From the NCBI RefSeq assembly GCF_018350175.1, contig NC_058374.1:82460001-82524000 (forward strand): a DNA stretch of 64,000 nucleotides, in the 5' to 3' direction. Both the position numbers and the translations under genes were made by a program. The notes beneath the pieces are model-generated. The model saw nothing but the letters and a program-made list of their open reading frames with translations, did not search any database and was not told the DNA's origin. The first letter of the stretch is position 1; every line of letters starts with the position of its first letter. The DNA comes from Felis catus (taxonomy: Eukaryota). This document shows, piece by piece, positions 1 to 30,480 of the stretch.

Positions 1-6
1 AACCAG

Positions 7-14401
<14,395 letters not shown>

Positions 14402-14563
14402 AGGGGACACCTCAGCCTCCAAGCCAGCCTTGAACCCACCTCTTCATCCCTGGACTCTACTCCTAGGCTCTGTACATTGCTGCCACACCCTCCTGCCAGC
14501 TCAGGAGAGTGTTCCTTCACCCTCAAAATATTTATTATCCTGCACCACTTCCACTATTCGCCA

Positions 14564-14645
14564 TGCACATGTGCGTGCACACACACACACACACATACAC
14601 ACACACACACACACACCCCACTACCACCACCACAAACACATACAT
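14564..14645. repeat. Compound (CA)n/(CAC)n microsatellite in the DGKA 3' UTR
   Basis: Visible directly in the sequence. Confidence 0.95.
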
Positions 14646-14662
14646 TGAAAGTGCCTCATCTA

Positions 14663-14668
14663 AATAAA
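14663..14668 (+). terminator. DGKA: DGKA polyadenylation signal (AATAAA)
   Basis: First AATAAA about 260 nt after the stop codon, followed by T-rich sequence. Confidence 0.7.
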
Positions 14669-14796
14669 ATGACTTTTTCCCCCCACTGGGATATCTGTTA
14701 AGTAAATGGTACACCTCCTTTCTGTATACCTCCACTCTGTAAATGATACAGATTCTCCCAGAAGCAAGAACATAAAACAGCACCAGGTTCTGAGTA

Positions 14797-14802
14797 TTTA
14801 TT
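14797..14802 (-). terminator. PMEL: PMEL polyadenylation signal (AATAAA on minus strand)
   Basis: TTTATT on + about 90 nt past the PMEL stop; the context TTAACTGAAATAAATACTCAG resembles the mammalian PMEL 3' end as I recall it. Confidence 0.75.
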
Positions 14803-14890
14803 TCAGTTAATGGTAGTTTCCAAGGGAGGACTGAGAAAAGATAGGCATTGCTGTCCACCCTCGGCAAATCACAGCATCACACAAGAGTAC

Positions 14891-17800
14891 TCAGACCTGC
14901 TGCTGCCCACTGAGGAGGGGCCTGTTCTCACCAATGGGGCAAGAGCGGAAGACCCTGGGCAGCCGCAGCCAGTGGGTGCTACCACGTGGCAGCTGGGGAA
15001 GGGGGAGGGCTGAGCCCTGCTTCAGAAGTCTTCGCCTGATTTGGGAGAAAAAGAAGAAACTGATTAGCAATGGACAAGGGAAACCTACCTGTGCTTCTCC
15101 AAAAAAGAGGACACACCCATATCCCAAGTTTACTGGGCCTTGACCCAAGGCCCCTCCCCTTCTCACCAATAGGGTTCATCCTATCTTGTTTTTATGGTAA
15201 CCTCTGTCCATTCCTCTCTCACGCTACAAGCTTCAGTGCTTTGAGGACCTTGGCACTCCAGGCCTGGGGATCTGCCCTTCTCACAGGTAGAGGACTCAGT
15301 TCACCCAGTTTCCTCCACTCTTGATATTACTAATAACAACAGTCATCAGTATCATCATTTATTGCACTCTCGCTTCAGAACTGGGTGCTTTACCACCATT
15401 GTCTCTAATCCTGACAACAGCCCCATAGGGCAGGTATTAGTTTTCCTATTTTTCAGAGGCTCAGAGACATTAAGCTACTTTCCCAAGGTCCCACCAGCAA
15501 GACTGCAGCCTGGGTCTGTTTAACTTCCAAGTCTGGGCTCTTTCCTGGATACCAGGCTTCTTCAAAAAAAGTGGTGGTTCCCTCTCCTCTTGAGGAAGAA
15601 TGAGTGGTGGTAATAAGGGATAAGGAGGTGTGAGCTAGATGGTGGGGCCCTCACCTATATATCAGAGATACAAGCACCATAGCCATCAACACCAGCAAGA
15701 TGCCCACGAACAGGGGAGCCTGTCCAAGGCCTGCTTCTCGACCTATGAACAGAATCCCAGGCACAGTTTCCGTCAGTGTCTGCTCCCTACCAGATAGCCT
15801 CTTGCTGTTCCCCCCTTCTCCCTACTTCTTGTCCAAGTACATACCGGGCATTACAAGCTGGGTGCTGACCATCGCCAGGCTGTTAGCATCAGCCAAAGAC
15901 ACATTGAGGCAGTAGGTCCCTGAGCCACCCTTCAGTGCTTGGTGCAAAACTAGCTGGCAGGCTGGGCTGGGTGGCACAGGCTGACATAGCCGCTGGGCAG
16001 GGGGCTGGCACCCTGGAGATGAGATGTCCATACAGGCTTCCTTGGGCAGCCTGTGAAAGGTGTTAGCTTAGGTCAGGGCAACTGGGAGGGAACATTAGAC
16101 ACCAGAGAGCGGGGCAACAGTCAACCCAAGAGTTCTCAGGATAACCAGTGGGACACTCACCCGCCTTGGCAAGACACGGTCAGCTCAAATGCATCTCCTT
16201 CGCTGGATGGCACAGCCTGCAGGATCTCAGCACTCTCAATACCCTCTGCAAAGTTGCAAGATTTTAAGTCTGGGTACAATGTGGGATTCCTCTACCAGGC
16301 CTCCCCAAAGGCCCACAGACAGGAAAGCCCTAGGGCTACTTCCCCAATCCCATCCTCATGCCTTCAAAATAAAAACCCTGGGATCTGGATATTCTTGTCC
16401 AGGTGAGTAACTCCTTCCAAGGTATGCTTCCACTGGTCAGTCTTAGGCGGTACACACCTCCCTCCACCAGCCCCCAAAGTAGTCAAGACTCACGGACAAT
16501 GTCCAGGGTGAGAGAAAAGGAGCCATATCGATACAGCACACAATCCAGGGGGGTTTGTCGCTTCACCAGGATTAAGGTAGCTGCACCATCCGGCAGGGGG
16601 CTCTGGGAGCCTGGCAGGAGAGGATTGAAGAGGCAAAGTCAAGAGACAAATGACTCACCTGGAAGTAGAGGCCACGCAAGCGTCTTTCCAGGTACAGCCA
16701 GAGCTATTGCACCCGGGCTTGGCATCAGGCAAGGCCTGGAAAATCTCATTTTACAGATAAGGAAACTGAAGCCCCAGAGGAGGAAGGAGCACCCCAGAGC
16801 CACACAATTAGGAGTAGCACTGGAGTTTTAAGAAACCCCAAATGCTTATCATACTCCACACTGTGCTGGGTCCTGATCTAGACACTCGACAAAAGTTAAC
16901 TCTTCCACGTGCCACCAGGTCATTCCTACCTTTTCAGTGTTCCTACCACAATTTCAGGTTGACCTGCTTTGGGAAAGGAATCCAGGGGTGGTAAGTGGTG
17001 CCAGAATCTAAGACGGAATCCTATGCATTTATACTTGCACAGAAAGAGATACAAATTACTATGTAAATGACCACAGTCTGTTCCCTGGCAGAAGCCTCAG
17101 GGAACAGCTCTCCTGAGACACAGAGAAGCAACAAGCTCTCTCCCAGTGGCCGAGGGGCAGACCCTGGTTTTCTTAACTCCAGATGGATTCCATGTTCTTA
17201 AGAGGGACTTGAGGGCTTAATAACAGTGAGAGCTCTGATGAAACTCCATTGCTAAGCAAAGGATTGGGTAACATCTGGGGCCTGGGTAAGTAGAGTAGCT
17301 CTTTAGAGTAGTGACAAATAACCCACCTCAATGAACCTCGTTCACACTGACCCTCTTACCTGTAATACCTTCTGTAGGCACGAATGGGCGGGCATCTGGA
17401 CCCTCAGGCTCACGGGTGGGTACCTCTCCAGCTGTGGGCTCCACCAGCTCTCTAGTTGTTACCTGTACAACTGTGGTTCCAGAGGGCTCTGCGATTGCCA
17501 CTTCAGGTGTTGTACGTATGGCCTCTGCAGTGGGCATCTCTACGGGTGTGGTATCTATGACCTCCGAGGTCGGCACCTGCTCAGTTGTAGTACCTATGTC
17601 CTCTGTAGTTGGCACCTGTACAGGTGTAGTGCCTGTGACCTCCGTGGTTGGCATCTTCACAGCTGTGGTTCCAGAAGGTTCTGCAGTTGGCACCTGACCA
17701 GATGTAGTACCTATGACTTCTGCAGTAGGCACTTGCCCAGCTGTGGTGCCAAGGGCCTCTGCTGTTGGCCCATGCCCATCTGTGGTGACTGGAACTGGGG

Positions 17801-20800
17801 AAGAGCCACAGGAAGTGAGAGGAATCGCAGCCTGTAACACCACTTGGGCAGTGACTGGGCCAGACTCTAAGTAAGTGTGAGTGACCACAAGTGCCCGAGA
17901 GATCAGGGTCCCAGTATCATCTCCGAAGTCCCAGGTGTAGGAGAGGTCGGCCCCAGACAAATAGCCACTGGGGTCATGAAGCCGGAGGGCAAAGGTCAGA
18001 GGATGATTTCTCAGGAAGTGCTTGTTCCCTCCATCCAAGGCCTGCAGCTGGGACACGCTCACAGAGAAGGGTACCTGGTCTGAGATAGGAGCCAGAAAAG
18101 GTGAGAACCAGACCTGGGCCGAGGGAACGTTACACACCAACTAAACTCAAGCTGACTGGCCCTTCACTGACTCTAAGCCCCACCTTCTTCTGTCCAGGTC
18201 TTCCTGGCTCTGCCCCTTTAAGGTTACATACCATTTCCCCTTTCCCCTCTCCCCTTACTGGTCAGGCCAACCCTCCCCATCTTTTACTGTTCTGTGACTT
18301 ATTCCTTTGCCCATTCCTAAATCCTTACCAGTAATGGTGAAGGCTGAGCAGGAGTGAGCAAGGGGCACATAGCTCTGGGACTCCCGGCGGTGGTAGACAG
18401 TCACTTCCATGGTATGTGTGCCCAGCATTGCCTTGCCTGTCACAATGCTCAGTCCCGACACTGGGCCCCCCAGAACTTGCCAGTACTGGCCTGAGGTTTT
18501 TGAAAAGAAAAGCAAGGGTCAGGGAGGTACTGATCCAAGGGAACTGAGGGGAAGGATTAGAGACAGGGCAGTACAGAAGGAAGGTCGAGAGAGATGTATT
18601 GAGTAGGGGTCAGGAAAGGAGTCCTAATGAGGGGTTCCATGGGATGGCACAACAATTCGGGAAGGGCCCCCAGAAACAATATAGTAGAGAGAGTTGGAGC
18701 AGGCTATGTGCTATGGAAGAGGAAAGAACCAAGGGGGCAATAAAGGTTAGGGAAATTCACAGCAAAACAAAAAGGAGATCAGGTAAGAATAGGTGAATCG
18801 AAGTGTGGATGACTCACCCCAGGTCTTCCAGACATAAACAAAGCTTCGTGTCTGAGACCCAGGGCCAGATGGGCAGGCCCTCCCATCAGGGAAGATGCAG
18901 GTATCATCAGGTACCTGGGGATACACTGGCTCTCCTCCCCACACCTGGCTCCCTGAAAGATCAATACAGAGTCACCCTCAAACCCTGGCATTCCCTTCTG
19001 TACACTAAAACTCCTCACATGGCTCCCAGAGAGGGGCTGTGGGAATACTCCTTAGCTACAAAGTACATTCCCCTTGGTATAACCCTTTTGGGTGGCAGCG
19101 GGAAGGATGGAAACTGGAATTAAAGATTCATATGTACTTAACGACAGACATAGGAAAGAAATTAGAAGGCCATATATCAAAATATTTAGAGTGGTTTGCT
19201 CTAGCTAGTAGGATAAAAACAAAAATAAGAGCCACCAGCTAACATTTTTTGAACCTTGCCTTAGCCTAGGGCAGGCATTATGCTAAATTCTTTATATACA
19301 ATCACACTTTAATCCTTACAACAACTGTTCAAGTAGGTATCATCCCCATTCTACAGATAAGGGAATGGAAGTACAAAACAATTAAGTAACTTGCCCAGGG
19401 TCACATATTATTTACAAAGTTAAATCCATGTCTGTCTAAATTCTAGGTCCCCTAGGTCTTCTGCCCGCAATTTTGCATGCTATGTATTTTTTTCTTTTTT
19501 CTTTATCTGTGTTTAAAATTTTTTTCTACAACGAATATTATAGAATATGTATATAATTTATTTTTTTAAGAAAAGTAGAAAGGAAGAGAATACTTTTTGA
19601 GCTCACTGGGGACACCAGGGAATCTGAGCCCTTAGAGGAAGGTCCTAGAGCAGAGAGGTACTCACCATTGATGATGGTGTTGTTGGCCCAGATGACCTGC
19701 CCATCTGGCAGCACCTTTTGGCTTTCAGGGAAGTGCAGGGCGATAGAGAAGGAGGCATTTGCCCCGACCAGTGTAGGGCCATCATTACTGACCTTCAAGG
19801 ACACCTGGCCACCTGGGAAGGACAGCTGCATTAGCTGAGACTCCTTGTTTTTTTCTCCCCTTATACCTTTCCCCTTCGTATCTTCCCAAGCTCCATTCAA
19901 CCCAGTTCTTGCTCCTCTACCCACACCCTGCCCTCCCTGGAAATTGCTAAGTTCCCACCTCTCCAGCAATCAGGCCCCTGGATTTCTGTCCACTCTGGAT
20001 ACAGCTGCCTGTTCCAGGGTTTTGTTGTGAGCGGCCTTGAGACACCCAGCCAGTCCTGGTCTCTGGGTCCTAAAAAGAAGGTACAGTGAAGGTCCTAGGA
20101 TCACGCCTCAGTCCCGTGTCACCCTACTCACTCTCACATTCAAAGTGCATCTTAATTTACTGAACACCCACAACGTACCAGGCACTGTAATAGGTACAAA
20201 GGACTTAAGGAACGAATAAGACACGGGCACCTGGGTGGCTCAGTCGGTTAAGCATCCGACTTTGGCTTGGGTCATGATCTCACGGTTTGTGAGTTCAAGC
20301 CCTGTGTGGGGATCTGTGCTGACAGTTCAGAGCCTGGAGCCTGCTTCAGATTCTGTCTCCCTCTCTCTCTGCCCCTCCCCTGCTCATGTTCTATCTCTCA
20401 CTCTCTCAAAAACAAATAAACATTAAAAAACAAGAACAAAACCAAAAACAAACAAGACATGACCCTGAAGGGATTCAAGGTAAAGTATTGGAAATAGATA
20501 CATCCATAAATTATAATAATTGAAGGCACTGTTCAATATGCCCGCATATTGTGAATGTTGTAGACATTCACAAAGTACATGTCTATGTTGTAGACATTCA
20601 CAAAGTACAACAAAATGACAGATGAAAAAGATTAGTTCCACTCTGGTGAATTGGGAAAGACCATCGGCTTGACGAGTTGGCCTGTGGGATAGAACACTCT
20701 GAGCAGAAGGACCAGCACGAGCAGATGCATGGAGGCATGTTAGCATGAGGCATGACAGGGACTACCAGTGTGGTTGATGAACACTGTAAGAGATGAGGCC

Positions 20801-22380
20801 AAGAAAACAAGTGGAGGCCCTGAATGCCAAGCAAAGGAGTTTGGCTTTTATTCTGTAGACAAGGCCATGGCAGAAGATTTTGTGTCACTGACATATAATT
20901 TCCATGCCAAAAAATTCACCCTTCAGAAGCTTTTTTAATATGATCAGATCTGTATTTTAGAAGGATCATTATAGCAAGCAATGTAGAGGATGGATCAGAG
21001 GGAGGCAGAGGTTGGGAGTGAGGACCAAGCAGACAAAATTATTATAACTGACCAAGAGAAAGGTCTGAGAAAAAGGGGTATGAGGGATCTACATATACCT
21101 CACCCAGATACAAAAACTATCCTTTTTCTATCCTTTGTTATTGTTGTTTATTTATTTGTTGGCTAAAGTATTTAGAAGTAAATCCCAGACATCTTGTTAT
21201 TTTAACCCTACAATTTCAGTATATATCTGTAAAAAATATGAACATTTTCTTGAATCAGCACAATGTCATTTCACACTGGACACAATTATCAAACCCAATT
21301 CATATAAAATTTCATGAATATCTAACATGTCTTATGATTTAAAAAAATCAATATCTAAAAAGTAAGCACAATCTTTTTAAGAGGGTCAGGTGGACAAGTA
21401 TGAACAGAATGTTTCCAAAATACAGTTAGGAGCATAGTAAAAGAAAAAGACTTGAAACTACAGCACAAATGAGGGAAGTCAGATGAAGGAGAAGCTCCTA
21501 GAAGTCTGTGAGACCAGGGATCTAGAGAAAGAAAGGGGAGACTGGGACATGATATCTATATTTTAGCACAGGAGAAACTATCTTTGCTCCATTTCTAATG
21601 TGTACTGGATACCTAGCTGAGTCTGCTTGGGGAGGGGAGATCTGGAATCATTTCATAGAGCATCCTACCACTAGAGCAAGAGAATCATAAGATGCCCCAT
21701 TCTTTCTTCATTCCCAACCCTCCCTCCTCAGAGCAGCACGGGACATTCCAGACCCTCTCACCACCCACACCCCCACCCCTTGCTCCTGTCACGAGGCCCC
21801 AATCCCCCAGAGCCCTTTCATGTGATGCTCAGCTGAGACCCCTCTGCCTGTCTCTTCCAGCCCCAGAACAAAAGCCTGAGCTATGTTCACCCATCCCCAT
21901 CTCAAAGAGGGGAGGTGGTACCTCCTTACTTTTTCAATCCAATACCACATTCTCTCACTTCTCACTTCAAATACCCTATCCCAGGTACCTAAGTCATTGC
22001 CTAAAAGAGTCTCCCACTCGTTTCACTTTTGAAGCCCCTACTTGGACTCACTGCCCTAGGGGCCTCAGGATTAGGGCTACAAAGACCCACTATCCTTGTG
22101 CCCTTACAAGCAGATGGTATTATTCTCAGGCTCAGTCCCAGATCTCCACATAGGGAGGGAGCTCAGATGCCCATGTCCTCACTAACTCAAATGGGTGGGA
22201 GAAGCCTGAGATATTGCTGGTATCTCCCATAAAGAGGGGGAAAACCAGAGCAGGTGTGCAACCCCAAATTCACACTTGTTCATGGCAATACTCCCCACAC
22301 TCACCTTCTGTAACCCCCACAGCCAGAAGAGCACTCATCATAACCACATGGAGAAGGCATTTTCTCAGCACCAGATGCAT
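14891..22380 (-). CDS. PMEL: Premelanosome protein (PMEL/gp100/SILV), complete, 663 aa
   Basis: Exons (minus): 22305-22380 ([10 protein letters not shown] signal peptide), 19959-20069, 19666-19812, 18818-18952, 18329-18490, 17360-18079 (PKD + RPT), 16494-16610 (LVKR proprotein-convertase site), 16161-16245, 15845-16050, 15655-15742 (TM), 14891-15035 (ENRPLL dileucine, terminal V). Total 1992 nt with no frame break. Confidence 0.97.
15330..19470 (-). mobile_element. MIR copies in PMEL introns (about 15330-15545, 16740-16870, 19230-19470)
   Basis: MIR motifs ATTTTACAGATAAGGAAACTGAAGCCC, AAGTAACTTGCCCAGGGTCAC. Confidence 0.65.
17390..17790 (-). repeat. PMEL: PMEL RPT domain, imperfect 39-bp (13-aa) tandem repeats
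   Basis: Units such as [13 protein letters not shown] / [13 protein letters not shown] / [13 protein letters not shown] within exon 6. Confidence 0.9.
20120..21070 (-). mobile_element. L2 fragments in PMEL intron 1, interrupted by a CanSINE at 20225-20450(+)
   Basis: TTTACTGAACACCCAC..CCAGGCACTG L2 3' end; GAGTTTGGCTTTTATTCTGTAG body motif. Confidence 0.65.
21818..21825. promoter_or_regulatory. MITF-type extended E-box TCATGTGA in PMEL intron 1
   Basis: Full T-CATGTG-A motif about 0.55 kb inside PMEL intron 1 and about 1.5 kb upstream of the CDK2 ATG. Fits the known MITF element shared by SILV and CDK2. Confidence 0.65.
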
Positions 22381-22431
22381 CCTGTTCTTTCTTCCAGCAA
22401 CCAAAGGCGCTGGGGGGCTGGGGCAAGCCCC

Positions 22432-22459
22432 TATATAGGAGAGGGGTGCTCATTTGCAT
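22432..22459 (-). promoter_or_regulatory. PMEL: PMEL proximal promoter: TATA-like box and octamer
   Basis: TATATA at 22432-22437 about 55 nt upstream of the ATG; ATTTGCAT (ATGCAAAT on minus) at 22452-22459. Confidence 0.6.
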
Positions 22460-23049
22460 AGCCCTTCCTCCTCTCCATCCAGAGGAGTCTTGGGAGGGGC
22501 AGGAGGACGGAGAAAGGCAGAACTGACAAGGGATCCTGGTCCCTGAACATCCCGCTACTCAACCACAGTTTCTAGTTTCACTGGGTCGCTCTCTTCTTGA
22601 CTGGGAAAGAATTGACTGAAGGGCAGGTGCATAACATGTACCTAACACATACGATTCACCATAGGAGAGTGAATCAATCTGTTTTTGTTTTTTTAATCAA
22701 ATCAGGAAATCTTTCAAAAAAAAAAAACAAAGACCCTGCATCCCAAAAGAGAGAGTATAGAACAGACAGAGGGCGGAGGCAACTGCATCTCCGGGGCCCA
22801 GAAAACCCGTACAATGAGATTCCCAATTTCCTGCTTTTCAAAGGAGGCTCCCTGGGCCAGGTGGAATTTAATCTTAGGGAGAGACACATTTTCCCTACAG
22901 GTGGTGAAACGGTGAATTAGAGATCAGGAAATCCCTACAGATTCAGGACACAGGTAGGAAACGCGAGTCCAAGTCAGGTACTTGGAAAAAGACATTTTGC
23001 TTCCCCACAGAGGCAGAAACTTAAGTATCCTCGTTAATAAACTTGCGTG

Positions 23050-27633
<4,584 letters not shown>

Positions 27634-28710
27634 TGTCCTACCCCAGTCTCACCCTCTCCTCCAGTGGGGGCCTGATCTGCCTTGGCCCTGGGCTATTTGC
27701 CCTCTGATCTTGTCTGGCTGCCTTAACACCTCCCCCTCTTAGCCAGCCAACTCTGAGGATATAAGGGGTGGAGAAGAGAAATAGGTGAAAATGAAAGGAA
27801 GCTTCAGTATTAGATGCACTTAAGTCCCTCCACCACCCTCTCCCCCTCTTCTTAGTCATTGCTGAGGAGGGCTGGTATTTAAAAAGAAAAGAAAAGACTG
27901 CCCTCCACATAGGGCTTGCCATCCCAATCTCTGAAAGCCCTGAAAATTATTATTTCCTGTGTTCGGGATGACAGACACCCCAAGCCTCGCCTCGGCCACT
28001 GTGTTTATAAGGTCAACTGATAGCAGAGAACCTAAGTTGGGACTTTAGAAAACCAAGCAAAACAAAACAGAGGGAGGGGCCTGTTTTAAAGATTTAGGTT
28101 ACAAAATAGATCCAACCAGTTTATACCCTAATTTTAGTGTTTCATCTCACCTAACAGTCTGGGAGACTCAAGACTCCCAGTCTCTGCAGTCTTGATGAGA
28201 CTGCAGTAGAAACAATTGCCCCTAGTCCCTCTATCTGTCCCAACTATGGGCAAGAGGTATCTGGGAGGCTCTAGGACAGGGATTGTACTTCACCGTGGCC
28301 TTATGGGGCAAGTAAAAGTTGTCTGAATTTTTCTCTTCCTTTTAAGACTCTTGGTTCTTCACATGCCAGGTCCCATCTTCCTCTGAAGGCTACCCCCATA
28401 GGAGTGGAAGTTAGGGTTTAGACATCATTTTGAAAATGCTGACACTTTTTTAGGGCTGTGACTGAGTGAGGGCATTGGGAAATTTTTTTTCTTTAAAAGA
28501 AGGATGAACAATTATATTTATATTTCAGGTTATAGTGTTTTTTAAGTGGGAATGGGTGGATTTGTTGCCATGTGCACCTTGGGGTTTTGTAATGCAAATG
28601 TTTTAAAAAAAGTATTTTTTTTTCTTTTTTTGATGTTTGTCTCCCTTCTCCCACCTCTTGTCTTCGAGTGTTCATGCTATTAACATTATTTGTAATTTAG
28701 TTTGTGATTC

Positions 28711-28716
28711 ATTAAA
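28711..28716 (+). terminator. CDK2: CDK2 polyadenylation signal (ATTAAA)
   Basis: Variant hexamer about 1.08 kb after the stop, followed by GT/T-rich sequence. Confidence 0.65.
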
Positions 28717-29299
28717 AACAAAAGTTCCTAGTTTTATAGTTGATCTCTTTCCTCCTTTACTTAGGTGTATTTATTTACACAAAGAATGATGTGTGAGAGA
28801 GAATATGAATGTGTATATGTGATAGTTGGTTTCAGAGCTCCCCTCTTCCTAATCTCTGTGCAGGGCTATCCACCTCACCCCATCACCCCAGTTTAGCTTC
28901 TATTATGCAATTGGGATAGTGCCCAGGGTGGACAAAATGGGAATTACTGCCCCATTTTACGGCCGGGTTAATGGAAGCCTACTTCATTTTCCCCACGAAC
29001 CTGAATCATCCCCTACCACACACATGTACATACAGGGCGGCAGTTCCTGGATTTCAGAGGTTTAGGAGGGACTTAGGAGCAGCAATGTGGTTGGAAGCGG
29101 GCTCCGTGGGAATTCGCCTTGACACTGCATTTCCCAGGAAGCTCGTCGTTTTTCCTTTTTGTTGCGTATCACAGTTTTCTAAAGATACTTTAATCACATT
29201 TACATATAGTTCAGAATATATAAATTGTCTGTATGAAAAATCATTAAGGGGGCTAACGTCCCCCCAAGCTACCACTTCCTGGGAGTTGCCACTGTCTCA

Positions 29300-30480
29300 A
29301 CCCCACCAAAAAACATCTCAGACCGCCGGCGCGAGCCACCCGCAAAATTCCTGTCTTCTGGGGCCCCACAAAAAGGAGGACGCACCGACGTGAGCTATAC
29401 TTTAATTCCCGGACTCCGGGTCCTTAGGTGAGATATTTCTCTTTACGCCGCCAATTTGTCATAAAGGGCGGGGAGCTAGAGTCAGCCCCCGCCAAATTCG
29501 GGGGGAGGGGCGAAGGTCAGTAGCGGCCTTCCTAAGGCTACTTTCAACCCGCCTTGCCTGCCATTCAAGTTCCGAATTTTCCCAGTACTGGTTAAATCTT
29601 CACTTGGACCCGCCTCCATCACTCACCTGATTAGATGTTTATGAGTCAGAAGGCGGGGTCATGAGGGCGTCGAGATGTTATTGGTTGATATGTACGCCTG
29701 TCAGCAGTGAACCGCCCCCTGTCTCAGAAAGCTAACTCTTTACTGGCTCCTCACCTCGTCCATCTTCGAGGTTTCCCTCTCTATATTGGTCCGGAGCCCC
29801 GCCTGTCCAGTCCCTCGCTGGTACCCGTTGGTGACGGCGCCGGAAGAGGCCCGCCTTTCTCCAGAGGATTGGCGGATTAGTGCACACATCGCCCACCCTT
29901 GGTGGTAGGCGGGTAATCGTGCTATTGGCTGGNNNNNNNNNNNNNNNNNNNNNNNNNNNNNNNNNNNNNNNNNNNNNNNNNNNNNNNNNNNNNNNNNNNN
30001 NNNNNNNNNNNNNNNNNNNNNNNNNNNNNNNNNNNNNNNNNNNNNNNNNNNNNNNNNNNNNNNNNNNNNNNNNCCACAAGGGCAGGGGCGGAGGCGCCCA
30101 GGAGAGGAGAGCGGACTGGCCTGAGAGCAGAGGCGGGTCTGGACCTCAGCGAGGGGTCAGGGCGGCCCACTGGAGAGGGGAGCAGGGGGCCGGGCCCCGG
30201 CAGGCCTAATGGGGGCGCTGAGGAGGGGGCCGGGCGGGCTGGGAGCCCGAAGTTGGTGAGGCCGGGAGGTGGCCGGGTTGTGTTGGCGGCCTGCGGGGGC
30301 CGAGGGCCAGCGCGGGAGGCCCGGGGCTGTGTGAGGGCAGGGGCAGGCCTCATTGAGCAGCTCTGAGGAGGGAGGAGCTGGGGGAAAGGGACGGGGCAAC
30401 GGGTGAGGTAAGCCCATTTGCCGGGAGGTGCGGAGGGGTCAAACCAGACGCCCGGGCCGCGAGGATAACCGGGGCTGAGG
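29300..30480 (+). promoter_or_regulatory. RAB5B: RAB5B CpG-island promoter and non-coding first-exon region (partly in N-gap 29933-30073)
   Basis: CpG-rich, four reverse CCAAT boxes (about 29681, 29785, 29868, 29924), GC boxes, candidate donor GAG|GTAAGC at 30408. Confidence 0.7.

Noticed and set aside
15030-15070. Merle-like SINE or known dilution alleles in PMEL
   Set aside because: No insertion at the intron 10/exon 11 junction; L18, G22, the juxtamembrane RRR and the LVKR site are all intact.
16651-16660. Strong minus-strand donor AG|GTGAGTC in PMEL intron 6
   Set aside because: Only 48 nt from the exon 7 acceptor, too short for an intron, and no upstream acceptor defines an exon.
17331-17837. 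168-aa plus-strand ORF, and the nested 93-aa ORF
   Set aside because: Antisense shadow of the PMEL RPT tandem repeat, with no independent signals.
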